This document shows positions 47,815 to 57,188 of a stretch of 64,000 bases of DNA, piece after piece. Source of the DNA: Hyphomicrobiales bacterium (GTDB lineage Bacteria; Pseudomonadota; Alphaproteobacteria; Rhizobiales; OSC116); assembly GCA_051531935.1 (NCBI GenBank), contig JAOPTR010000007.1:283420-347419 (forward strand), written 5' to 3'. Each line of letters opens with the position of its first letter. Position 1 is the first letter of the stretch. Under the pieces are notes generated by a model. The model worked only from the letters and a program-made list of their open reading frames with translations, was not told where the DNA came from and ran no database searches. The position numbers and the translations under genes were made by a program.

Positions 47815-48708
47815 ATGAATTGGGATTTATTATTTCAACTGCTTATAAATGGCGTGATTGTTGGCCTATTATACGGTGTTGTGGCTATGTGTTTTGTGCT
47901 GATTTACAAATCAACACAAGTGGTTAACTTTGCCCAAGGCGAGTTCTTATTATTAGGCGCTTGGGTTTGCCTGTATTTCCTTGTCGAATATGAACTGCCA
48001 TTTTGGATAGGCTTTTTACTGACAATGGGCTTTATGGCGGTGTTTGGCGTTGTTGTGCAAATGATAATTTTGCGGCCACTCATTGGCGAGCCGATCATTT
48101 CCATCATCATGGTGACCATTGGTTTCTCTAGTTTTATGCAATCTCTAATGAGCTGGATTTTTGGCAATAGCGCTGTGAGCTTCCCTAAAATATTTGAGGT
48201 GGAAGTTGTAAATATTGGCGGGTTAAACGTCGAGACCGCCTATTTAATGTCAATCGGAATGTCGATTGCCATTATGATTATATTCTTTTTATTCTTCCGC
48301 TTTTCACGCTTTGGTTTGGCAATGCGAGCGACGGCTTATAACCAACAAATCGCGCAATCATTGGGCATATCTATCAAGCAAGTGTTTATGATGGCATGGG
48401 CAATCTCGGCAGTGGTTTCGGCTGTTGCGGGCATTATCATTGGTATGGTTTCGGCTGTTTCAACCGCGCTTTCCTTCATCGGTATTAAAGTGTTCCCCGC
48501 GGTTATTGTGGGCGGCATGGATAGCATTGTTGGCGGTGTTATTGGCGGTGTGATAATTGGCGTGTTAGAAAATTTAGCCGAATTTATCGACGGACAATAT
48601 TTGCACATTGGTAATATGTACCAAATCGCACCATTTTATATTTTGATCGTGATCTTAATGATCAAACCATACGGCTTGTTTGGCACGCCAGACATTGAAA
48701 GGGTTTAA
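47815..48708 (+). CDS. HAAT-family permease (LivH-like)
   Basis: 297 aa. N-terminus LLINGVIVGLLYGVVAMCFVLIYKSTQVVNFAQGE is typical of LivH. Confidence 0.85.
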   Translation: MNWDLLFQLLINGVIVGLLYGVVAMCFVLIYKSTQVVNFAQGEFLLLGAWVCLYFLVEYELPFWIGFLLTMGFMAVFGVVVQMIILRPLIGEPIISIIMVTIGFSSFMQSLMSWIFGNSAVSFPKIFEVEVVNIGGLNVETAYLMSIGMSIAIMIIFFLFFRFSRFGLAMRATAYNQQIAQSLGISIKQVFMMAWAISAVVSAVAGIIIGMVSAVSTALSFIGIKVFPAVIVGGMDSIVGGVIGGVIIGVLENLAEFIDGQYLHIGNMYQIAPFYILIVILMIKPYGLFGTPDIERV

Positions 48709-48710
48709 TT

Positions 48711-49769
48711 ATGGCGGGTATTTCTTCTCCACGCCCCTGCGGTGATTACCGCACGAGCTATAAATCGGATATGACGATTTTTCCTTCGAGAAATTCATTA
48801 TATGCCGCACTCATTGGGTTGTTCTTATTGCTGGCTTTCCCCATGTTTGGCAATGACTATCATCTAAGTTTGCTCATCCAAATTGGCTATTACAGCATTG
48901 CTGCCATTGGGCTGAATATATTGGTTGGTTTTACAGGGCAAATTAGCCTTGGCCATGGTGCGTTTTTTGGTTTTGGCGCTATTTTCAGTGCTTATCTAAA
49001 CAACGCTACAGGCATTCCCGTATTTTTCACCATTCCATTAGCGGGTTTTGCAACCGCAGCCGTTGGCCTATTGTTCGGCATTCCTGCCGCGCGGATTAAG
49101 GGCTTGTATTTGGCAATCGCAACATTGGCATCGCAATTTATTTTGGAAGATTTCTACGCCCGTGCCAACTGGTTCTCAGGCGGTTCATCAGGCTCATTGG
49201 CCGAAATTGTAAACTTTTTTGGCATTGATTTAGACACTGACCAAAAATATTTCTACCTCGTACTGTTTTGGCTAGTAATCGCTTTGATTGCTGCTGCTAA
49301 TTTAATACGCACAAAAGATGGCCGTGCATTGGTCGCGGTGCGTGATCATTATCTATCAGCCGAAATTATGGGCATTAATCTCACCAAGTACCGCATTTTG
49401 TCATTTGGTATCTCAAGCGCCTTTGCAGGCATTGGTGGCGCATTATATGGTCATTATCTTGGCTTTGTATCGGTCGAAGGCTTTACGCTTGGTCTGTCTA
49501 TCTCATTTTTAGCGATGATTATCATTGGTGGTTTGGGTTCTGTTATGGGCTCGGTTATGGGCGCTATATTCATTACATTATTGCCAGAGTTTACCGAAAT
49601 CATGGCCGACATTGTGCTGCCAGAATCCATCGCCGATGGCAAAGCCTATGTCAAAGAAATGAGCGTAGGCGCTGCCATCATACTATTTCTAATCTTTGAG
49701 CCAGAAGGTTTGGCGCATAGATGGAAACTCATTAAAGCTTATTGGAAGCTTTATCCATTTTCTTACTGA
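48711..49769 (+). CDS. HAAT-family permease (LivM-like)
   Basis: 352 aa. GLNILVGFTGQISLGHGAFFGFGA is typical of LivM. Confidence 0.85.
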   Translation: MAGISSPRPCGDYRTSYKSDMTIFPSRNSLYAALIGLFLLLAFPMFGNDYHLSLLIQIGYYSIAAIGLNILVGFTGQISLGHGAFFGFGAIFSAYLNNATGIPVFFTIPLAGFATAAVGLLFGIPAARIKGLYLAIATLASQFILEDFYARANWFSGGSSGSLAEIVNFFGIDLDTDQKYFYLVLFWLVIALIAAANLIRTKDGRALVAVRDHYLSAEIMGINLTKYRILSFGISSAFAGIGGALYGHYLGFVSVEGFTLGLSISFLAMIIIGGLGSVMGSVMGAIFITLLPEFTEIMADIVLPESIADGKAYVKEMSVGAAIILFLIFEPEGLAHRWKLIKAYWKLYPFSY

Positions 49770-49821
49770 CGTTGAGGGATGTTGCTAAGAAATAATAAGA
49801 CTAAACTAAAAGGGAGAAATT

Positions 49822-51048
49822 ATGTTAAAATCACTAAAAATCACACTCGCTGTAGGCGCTTTGTTAAGCAGTACAGCCGTACATGCCGATAGCATATTGG
49901 TTGGCCAATTGGTCGATTATACAGGCCCAACAGCCTTTGTTGGCAGAACTTATGGCCCAGGCATTAAAGATGCGATTGCCTATATTAACGCCAATGGCGG
50001 TATTGACGGCACAACCATCGAGCTTGATCAAATTGACTATGCTTATAAAGTGCCACAAGCTATTGCTGCATATAAAAAGTGGAAATCTCGCGGTATGGTG
50101 GCCTTGCAAGGTTGGGGAACAGGCGATACTGAAGCGCTGATTTCATTTGTTGCACGGGATGAAATTCCTGTTTGGTCAGCTTCTTATTCGGGCCATTTAA
50201 CTGACCCAACAAAGCTAAACCCAAATACTAAAAAAGCAGCTCCATATAACTATTTCTATGGCCCATCATATTCAGATGGTTGCCGTGCTATGGTACAATG
50301 GGCGGCCGCTGATGCCAAAGAAGCTGGCAACGAAAACCCTGTATTTGTATATACTGGCGATAACCATCCATACCCGAATGCACCAAAAGAAGCTTGTAAC
50401 GCCTATGCAGGTGAACTTGGCTTTAAAGTGCTAGACCCAATTGTTGTGCCAATGAAACCAGGTGATTTTAAAGCACAATGTTTGACCATTAAAGAATCTG
50501 GCGCAAATTATGCCTTTATCGGCAACTTGGGTGGTTCGGTGGTTTCATTGTTGAAATCATGTAAAACAGTGGGCACAGATGTAAGTTACATGGCTAACAT
50601 TTGGGGTGGCGATTATAAAACCATCGCAGCATCAGAAGCGGTCGATTATATCTTCCCATCTGCTTCACCATTCTGGGGTGCTGATGTACCAGGTATGAAA
50701 TTGGTAAACGCAATTGCCGACCTTTCAGGCGCAGCCGATGGCGACAAACCAACTCATCATTATATCCGTGGTATTTGTAGTACATATTACATGAAAGAAG
50801 CTATGGAATGGGCGAAAGCCAATGGTGGCATTACAGGTCCTAACATCAAAAAAGGTATGGAAACCAAAAAAGATTGGGTTCCTACTGGTCTAGAAGGTGT
50901 TTGTATGCCTTCAACTTGGACAGAGACTGACCATCGCGGAACAACAGTTGTATCTGTAAACCGTGGCTCATTTATTGATGGTAAAGTGGTTATCGAACTT
51001 CTAGAAACTGTGTCATTGCCACGTCGTGATGATTGGATTGGTTACTAG
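49822..51048 (+). CDS. Periplasmic binding protein, Peripla_BP_6 (LivK-like) family, ligand unknown
   Basis: 408 aa. Signal peptide MLKSLKITLAVGALLSSTAVHA. GGGAGA RBS. Confidence 0.8.
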   Translation: MLKSLKITLAVGALLSSTAVHADSILVGQLVDYTGPTAFVGRTYGPGIKDAIAYINANGGIDGTTIELDQIDYAYKVPQAIAAYKKWKSRGMVALQGWGTGDTEALISFVARDEIPVWSASYSGHLTDPTKLNPNTKKAAPYNYFYGPSYSDGCRAMVQWAAADAKEAGNENPVFVYTGDNHPYPNAPKEACNAYAGELGFKVLDPIVVPMKPGDFKAQCLTIKESGANYAFIGNLGGSVVSLLKSCKTVGTDVSYMANIWGGDYKTIAASEAVDYIFPSASPFWGADVPGMKLVNAIADLSGAADGDKPTHHYIRGICSTYYMKEAMEWAKANGGITGPNIKKGMETKKDWVPTGLEGVCMPSTWTETDHRGTTVVSVNRGSFIDGKVVIELLETVSLPRRDDWIGY

Positions 51049-51087
51049 TATTTAGGTACTGGTAAAAAACAATTGAAAGACATTATT

Positions 51088-51113
51088 GAGTGTGAAAAGA
51101 AATTTTCACACTC
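51088..51113 (+). other. Perfect 11-bp stem with GAAA tetraloop immediately 3' of the SBP gene
   Basis: GAGTGTGAAAA-GAAA-TTTTCACACTC. No U-tract follows. Confidence 0.6.
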
Positions 51114-51131
51114 GCCAATAGAATTAGAAAT

Positions 51132-51995
51132 TTGACTGACAATAGGATGATTGAAATGGCAGAAGCTGCTCAAAAAATAAATGCAAAAACTGACGCTGAT
51201 TATATTTTATCGGTCAATAATATCGAAGTTGTATATAGCGAAGTTATCTTGGTTTTACGTGGGTTAAGCCTTAATGTTGAACGCGGTAAAATTACGGCTT
51301 TATTGGGCGCAAATGGCGCAGGTAAATCTACAACATTAAAAGCAATCTCTGGTTTATTAAATACCGAAGATGGCGAAGTTTCACGCGGAAATATACATTT
51401 TGAAGGCGAAAATATTGCAGGCATTAGCCCCGATAAAGTGGTGCGTAAAGGCGTGTTCCAAGTGATGGAAGGCCGCGGCATTGTGCAAGATATGACAGTT
51501 TTAGAAAATTTGAAATTGGGCGCATTCACCCGCAAGAATTTTAATATGAATGATGAAATTGAAAAGGTGTTTCATTTCTTCCCCCGCCTAAAAGAGCGGA
51601 CAATTACAGGCGGCGCGGCAGGTTATTTGTCGGGTGGCGAGCAACAAATGCTAGCCATTGGTCGTGCTTTAATGGCTAAACCTAAACTAATTTTAATGGA
51701 TGAGCCATCCATGGGTCTGTCACCATTATTGGTAAAAGAAGTTTTTGGCATCATTAAGCGTATGAATGAAGAATTGGGAATTTCAATTCTTTTGGTCGAG
51801 CAAAATGCCAATATGGCACTCAATGCAGCAGATTTTGGCTATATTATGGAAAACGGCAAAATTGTATTGGATGGCACAGCCGAAGAGCTTAAAAACAATG
51901 AAGATGTAAAAGAATTTTACTTAGGCGGCGGCGGTGAAGAGCGCAAAAGCTTTAAGGACATTAAATCATTTAAACGCCGTAAGCGTTGGTTATAA
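51132..51995 (+). CDS. HAAT-family (LivF-like) ABC ATPase with basic C-terminal tail
   Basis: [23 protein letters not shown]. The C-terminus is ..KSFKRRKRWL. The start is uncertain: TTG 51132, ATG 51147 or ATG 51156. Confidence 0.85.
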   Translation: MTDNRMIEMAEAAQKINAKTDADYILSVNNIEVVYSEVILVLRGLSLNVERGKITALLGANGAGKSTTLKAISGLLNTEDGEVSRGNIHFEGENIAGISPDKVVRKGVFQVMEGRGIVQDMTVLENLKLGAFTRKNFNMNDEIEKVFHFFPRLKERTITGGAAGYLSGGEQQMLAIGRALMAKPKLILMDEPSMGLSPLLVKEVFGIIKRMNEELGISILLVEQNANMALNAADFGYIMENGKIVLDGTAEELKNNEDVKEFYLGGGGEERKSFKDIKSFKRRKRWL

Positions 51996-52006
51996 GCGAG
52001 CATATA

Positions 52007-53236
52007 ATGACTTTTTTTGACGATTTAGAACAAAGAGATCCGCAGCAAAGGCAAGCAGAGCAATTGGCGCAATTAAAAGCCCAAATTGCATATGCACGCG
52101 AGAATAGTCGCTATTTTGGCAAAAGTTTGGCCAAAAGCGCCATTGTTGAAACGCTAGAAGATTTGCAAAAACTGCCCGTGGTGCGGAAATCCGATTTAAT
52201 GGATTTGCAAACTTCTGATGCACCTTTTGCGGGTATGAACGCAGTGCCAATGGTGGGTTTGAAAAACCTATTCCTATCGCCTGGGCCAATTGCTGAACCA
52301 ATGGGGCAGCAAGAAAATGAGCATCGTCTAGCACGTGCTATGGCAGCGGCTGGTATTGATGAAAATGACAGAGTGTTAAATTGTTTTTCCTATCACCACA
52401 CCCCTGCAGGCTTAATGTTTGAAGGTGGTGCAGCCAAAGTTGGTTGCGCAGTTTATCCCGGCGGTGCAGGCCAAAGAGACGACCAAATTAAAGCCGTAGA
52501 AGCCTTTGGATTGACAAGCTATGTCGGCACGCCTGATTTTTTGAAACTCATAATTGAACGCGCGCAAGAAACGAACAAAAATGTGTCTAGCCTCACCAAA
52601 GGATTGGTTTCAGGTGGGCCATTTTTCCCGCAACTTAAAGATTTTTATGCCGCTCATAATATCGAAGTTAAAGAATGTTATGCCACAGCCGATCTAGGTT
52701 TAATTGCGTATCAAGATGATGATGCAGGCTTGGTGATTGATGAGGGTGTGATTGTTGAAATTGTAACACCAGGTACGGGTGATATACTTGCAGACGGGCA
52801 GGTGGGTGAGGTAGTAGTGACATTGTTAACCAACAGAACTTACCCGCTAATTCGCTTTGCAACGGGCGATCTGTCGATGATAATCCCGCCTAATGCAATA
52901 GCAAAACGCACCAATAAACGCCTAAAAGGTTGGCTTGGCCGTGCCGATCAAACATGTAAAATCAAAGGCATGTTTGTGCATCCAAAACAAATTGCCGAAA
53001 TTGTAAGCAGCCATAGCCAAATACAAAAAGCGCGGCTCATTGTTGCCGAGTTTGATGGCAAAGATAATGCTATGCTGCAAATCGAAACTGATGGTAGCGC
53101 ATCTGATGATTTATTGCCAAAAATTGCAGAGACGATGAAAAACCACACTAAAATTTCTGCTAATATTGAAGCCCATAATATCGGCCAATTGCCAAATGAT
53201 GGCATTGTTATTGAAGACAGACGTAGCTATGAGTGA
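52007..53236 (+). CDS. PaaK-like (phenylacetate-CoA ligase / F390-synthetase family) protein with a degenerate adenylation P-loop
   Basis: The start is placed at MTFFDDLEQRD. It is colinear with E. coli PaaK as I remember it, for example GRADQTCKIKGMFVHP against GRSDDMLIIRGVNVFP. At the SSGTTGKPT position it reads FLSPGPIAEPM. Confidence 0.65.
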   Translation: MTFFDDLEQRDPQQRQAEQLAQLKAQIAYARENSRYFGKSLAKSAIVETLEDLQKLPVVRKSDLMDLQTSDAPFAGMNAVPMVGLKNLFLSPGPIAEPMGQQENEHRLARAMAAAGIDENDRVLNCFSYHHTPAGLMFEGGAAKVGCAVYPGGAGQRDDQIKAVEAFGLTSYVGTPDFLKLIIERAQETNKNVSSLTKGLVSGGPFFPQLKDFYAAHNIEVKECYATADLGLIAYQDDDAGLVIDEGVIVEIVTPGTGDILADGQVGEVVVTLLTNRTYPLIRFATGDLSMIIPPNAIAKRTNKRLKGWLGRADQTCKIKGMFVHPKQIAEIVSSHSQIQKARLIVAEFDGKDNAMLQIETDGSASDDLLPKIAETMKNHTKISANIEAHNIGQLPNDGIVIEDRRSYE

Positions 53237-53978
53237 GGTTAGGTCATCCGCAACTATATTGCTTGTTCAAGAGGTTAATGCACTTGAAGTGCTAATGCTG
53301 AAGCGCTATCAAGGCGATGATTTTTTGTCGGGCGCGATGATGTTTCCTGGTGGAAAATTAGAAGCGCATGACCAAATTGCTGATTGGGGGCAGATTGTAA
53401 AAGGGTGGAATGCCGTGCCAGATGCGGAGCGCGGATTGCGCATTGCTGCGATACGCGAAGCGTTTGAAGAAACTGGAATTCTGTTAGGGCGGGGCCCAAA
53501 CAACATGGCGAATGACGATGAAATGTTGGCCATAAGAAAAGCCATCGAAGCCAATGAATTGAGTTTTTACGATTACGTTCAGCAGGAAAATATTGAGATA
53601 GATTTACAAGCACTCACATTATTTTCGCGGTGGCAAACACCGCCCAATATGAATAAAAGGTTTGACACGTTTTTCTATTTAGCCACTGCGCCCCAAGGCC
53701 AAATACCTGTTGCAGATGGCCGTGAAGCAGTAGAAACCGAATGGATAACGCCACATAATGCGCTTAGTTTGTCAGAAAAAAAACAACGTAAAATGTTGCT
53801 ACCAACGCGTATGAATTTAAAAATGCTTAATGAAGCAAAGCGGTTGGAAATAGCGGTGCAACAAGCTAACGACCGTAAAATACATAAGGTCGAGCCCAAG
53901 TTTGAGCAACGAGGCAATGATAAATATTTAATTTTGGATTCTAAATTTGGCTATGGTCAAGTTGAAGAATTAATCTAG
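53229..53978 (+). CDS. Nudix hydrolase with an insertion-split Nudix box
   Basis: The start is placed at MSEVRSSATILLV, giving an 8-nt overlap (ATGAGTGA) with the upstream gene. The Nudix elements FPGGKLE and AAIREAFEETGILL are separated by about 25-30 residues, where the usual spacing is x7. Confidence 0.75.
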   Translation: MSEVRSSATILLVQEVNALEVLMLKRYQGDDFLSGAMMFPGGKLEAHDQIADWGQIVKGWNAVPDAERGLRIAAIREAFEETGILLGRGPNNMANDDEMLAIRKAIEANELSFYDYVQQENIEIDLQALTLFSRWQTPPNMNKRFDTFFYLATAPQGQIPVADGREAVETEWITPHNALSLSEKKQRKMLLPTRMNLKMLNEAKRLEIAVQQANDRKIHKVEPKFEQRGNDKYLILDSKFGYGQVEELI

Positions 53979-54000
53979 CTAAATGAAGGTGGTTTAAATT

Positions 54001-55182
54001 ATGGATTTTAATTTAACAGACGATCAGCACGATTTTAAACAATTGGCAAAGAGTTTTGCTGACGATCATTTTGCGCCAAACGCCAACGAGTGGGATCAAA
54101 AAGAATTCTTCCCTGTGGATGTGATGCGCCAAGCTGCCGAGCTCGGTTTTGCAGCGCTTTATACCAGTGATGAATATGGCGGCACAGGCCTAAGCAGATT
54201 AGACACGGCGATTATTTTTGAGCAATTATCGACAGGCTGCCCTTCCACCACAGCATTTTTATCCATCCACAATATGGTGACATGGCTTATTGATAAATTT
54301 GGCGATCAAGCACAACGCAGTAAACTCATTCCAAAACTCGCAACTATGGATATTTTGGCATCATATTGCCTAACCGAGCCAAGCTCAGGCAGTGATGCGG
54401 CAGCCGCAAAAACCACGGCAGTACGCGAGGGCGATTATTATATCATCAACGGTAGTAAATCGTTTATTTCGGGTGCTGGCGCTTCAGATTTATATCTAGT
54501 CATGCTCAAAACAGGCAGTGTTGGCGATGGCGCAAAAGCCATGTCAGCAATCTTGGTCGAAAAAGGCACCGAAGGGCTTTCATTCGGAGCAAAAGAGCAA
54601 AAAATGGGTTGGAACAGCCAACCAACTGCCGAAGTGTTTTTTGACAATGTTAAAGTGCCCCTTGAAAACCTGTTAGGTGCAGAGGGTCAAGGCTTTAAAA
54701 TTGCAATGGCAGGGTTAGATGGCGGCCGCGTGAACATAGCTTCATGCTCGTTAGGCGGCGCGCAAAAAGCGGTCGAACAAGCTGCTGAATATATGACCGA
54801 ACGCCAACAATTCGGCAAACCTCTCAGCCAATTACAAGCCTTGCAATTTAAATTATCCGACATGATGACCGACCTAACGGCATCACGCTTAATGGTTTAT
54901 AATGCGGCACATAAAATAGATATTAATTCGCCAGATAAAACCGCAACTTGCGCCATGGCAAAGCAATTTGCCACCGATAAATGCTTCGAAATTGTCGATC
55001 AAGCCCTACAAATTCATGGTGGCTACGGCTATATGAAAGAATATGGCATCGAAAGAATTTTACGTGATTTACGCGTGCATAGAATTTTGGAAGGCACAAA
55101 TGAAATCATGCGTTTAATCATTTCACGTCATTCTATCGAAAAAGCCAAACTTGGCAGCTTATTTACTGAATTGAGACCCTAA
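54001..55182 (+). CDS. Acyl-CoA dehydrogenase, short/branched-chain (isobutyryl-CoA dehydrogenase-like)
   Basis: 393 aa. CLTEPSSGSDAAA, and QIHGGYGYMKEYGIERILRDLRVHRILEGTNEIM. Confidence 0.85.
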   Translation: MDFNLTDDQHDFKQLAKSFADDHFAPNANEWDQKEFFPVDVMRQAAELGFAALYTSDEYGGTGLSRLDTAIIFEQLSTGCPSTTAFLSIHNMVTWLIDKFGDQAQRSKLIPKLATMDILASYCLTEPSSGSDAAAAKTTAVREGDYYIINGSKSFISGAGASDLYLVMLKTGSVGDGAKAMSAILVEKGTEGLSFGAKEQKMGWNSQPTAEVFFDNVKVPLENLLGAEGQGFKIAMAGLDGGRVNIASCSLGGAQKAVEQAAEYMTERQQFGKPLSQLQALQFKLSDMMTDLTASRLMVYNAAHKIDINSPDKTATCAMAKQFATDKCFEIVDQALQIHGGYGYMKEYGIERILRDLRVHRILEGTNEIMRLIISRHSIEKAKLGSLFTELRP

Positions 55183-56267
55183 TGAACAGCAATTCGATTA
55201 TCCTAGAAACCGCAAATATCGCCAAAATCACCCTAAATGCGCCCGATAAATTGAACGCGCTTGATATGGATATGGTTTTGCCAATGGGCAACCAATTGGC
55301 GCAATGGCGGCTAGACCCAAATGTAAGCGCAGTCCTGATAAAAGGCGCTGGCTCAAAGGCATTTTGTGCAGGTGGCGACATTGTAAATGTTTGCAAGATG
55401 GTCAAAACAGATTTCGCGGAAGCTATTAAGTTTTTCTGGTCAGAATATCGCACAAATTGGCGCATTAAAAACTTTCCCAAGCCATATATTGCGCTTATGG
55501 ATGGCTATGTAATGGGTGGTGGCGTTGGCGTTTCTGCACATGGTTCCTATAGAATCGTAACCGAAAAAACCATGCTCGCCATGCCTGAAACCGCCATTGG
55601 GTTTTTTCCTGATGTTGGCGGTAGTTATTTTTTACCAAAACTAGCCGGAAATATGGGGCTGTATTTAGGCTTAACAGGCGCACGTTTAAAAGCCGAAGAC
55701 CTCATCGCACTAGGGCTAGCAACACATTATATTGCCTCGGCAGACATCCCAAATTTAGAAGCCGCCTTAGAAGAAGCCGATTATAGTGACGATGCGTTCG
55801 CGCAGACCGATGAAATCTTATCGCAATATTGCACTGAACCACCATTAACAAGCGCATTGCTTGAAAATGAAGCACAAATAAACCAAATTTTTAATGCAGA
55901 AAATGTCGAACAGATACTCGATAACCTGCATCAAGCAGACAATGAGTTTAGCCAGAAACAGCTTAAATTACTGTCTCGCATGTCGCCAATAAGCCTGAAA
56001 GTTACGTTTGAACAACTAAAACGCGCTAAGGGCATGAGCTTTGATGCCGCCATGCAACAAGAGCTGAGATTGTCCCATCATATGTTGCAAGATTCAGATT
56101 TTCTTGAGGGCGTGCGCGCCTTACTTATTGATAAGGATAAAAATGCAAACTGGCAGTTTAGCTCCGTTGAGCAAGTGTCCACAGCATTTGTAGAAAAATT
56201 CTTTGCCCCAATTGATAATGAATTATTTTTTGACTGGGATAAAGCCATTGATTTTGTTTCAAATTAA
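55182..56267 (+). CDS. 3-hydroxyisobutyryl-CoA hydrolase (crotonase superfamily)
   Basis: 361 aa, the long form typical of HIBCH. KAFCAGGDI, and MDGYVMGGGVGVS..ETAIGFFPDVG. Confidence 0.75.
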   Translation: MNSNSIILETANIAKITLNAPDKLNALDMDMVLPMGNQLAQWRLDPNVSAVLIKGAGSKAFCAGGDIVNVCKMVKTDFAEAIKFFWSEYRTNWRIKNFPKPYIALMDGYVMGGGVGVSAHGSYRIVTEKTMLAMPETAIGFFPDVGGSYFLPKLAGNMGLYLGLTGARLKAEDLIALGLATHYIASADIPNLEAALEEADYSDDAFAQTDEILSQYCTEPPLTSALLENEAQINQIFNAENVEQILDNLHQADNEFSQKQLKLLSRMSPISLKVTFEQLKRAKGMSFDAAMQQELRLSHHMLQDSDFLEGVRALLIDKDKNANWQFSSVEQVSTAFVEKFFAPIDNELFFDWDKAIDFVSN

Positions 56268-56288
56268 AAGCCGCCTTGAGGAGATTTT

Positions 56289-57176
56289 ATGACGGATATC
56301 GGATTTATAGGATTAGGCAATATGGGTGCGCCAATGGCAGCAAACTTATTGAAAGCAGGGCATAAAGTGACAGGTTTTGATCTGTCCGAAACCATGCTAA
56401 AAAATTTTGAAGCTGCAGGTGGTCTGGTGGCCAAAAGCGCTGCGCAAGCAGTGTCTACTGCCGAAATTGTCATCACCATGTTGCCTGCGGGAAAACATGT
56501 AGAGCAAGTTTATTGCGGCAGTGATGGCCTTATTGAAGCTTCAACAAATAATTGCGTATTTTTAGATTGCTCTACAATTGATGTGGAAACATCACGTAAA
56601 GTGGCACAAGCTGCCCAAGATGCAGGCCGCATGATGATGGATACCCCTGTTTCGGGCGGTGTAACCGCAGCCGTGGCAGGCAGCCTTACCTTTATGTGTG
56701 GCGGCAGTGAAGCGGCTTTTCAAACAGCTAAGCCTATTTTAGATGTGATCGGTGGAAACATCATCCATGCTGGTGACAGTGGCACAGGCCAAGCGGCTAA
56801 AATTTGTAATAATATGATGCTCGGCATTCAAATGATTTCGGTTTGTGAATCCTTCGCAATGGCCGATGCGCTCGGGTTAGATCGCCAAAAATTGTTCGAC
56901 ATTTCAAGCGCTGCGTCTGGCCAATGTTGGTCTCTAACCAGCTATTGCCCTGTGCCAGGTCCCATGCCAACAACTCCCGCGAATAACGACTATAAAGCAG
57001 GGTTTGCAGTGGCGATGATGTTAAAAGACATGCGCCTCGCCGCCGATGCTGCAAACGCGGCTGGTGTTGATACTATTTTGGGTCAAAAAGCCAAGGATTT
57101 ATACGCGAAAATGGATGAAGCAGGTTTAGCCGAAAAAGATTTCTCTGCCTATTTTGAATTTTTAACCAATAAATAA
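56289..57176 (+). CDS. mmsB: 3-hydroxyisobutyrate dehydrogenase
   Basis: 295 aa. IGFIGLGNMGAPMAANL, ..DTPVSGG.., ..GQAAKICNNM... Confidence 0.85.
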   Translation: MTDIGFIGLGNMGAPMAANLLKAGHKVTGFDLSETMLKNFEAAGGLVAKSAAQAVSTAEIVITMLPAGKHVEQVYCGSDGLIEASTNNCVFLDCSTIDVETSRKVAQAAQDAGRMMMDTPVSGGVTAAVAGSLTFMCGGSEAAFQTAKPILDVIGGNIIHAGDSGTGQAAKICNNMMLGIQMISVCESFAMADALGLDRQKLFDISSAASGQCWSLTSYCPVPGPMPTTPANNDYKAGFAVAMMLKDMRLAADAANAAGVDTILGQKAKDLYAKMDEAGLAEKDFSAYFEFLTNK

Positions 57177-57188
57177 AAGGGCCTCGAT

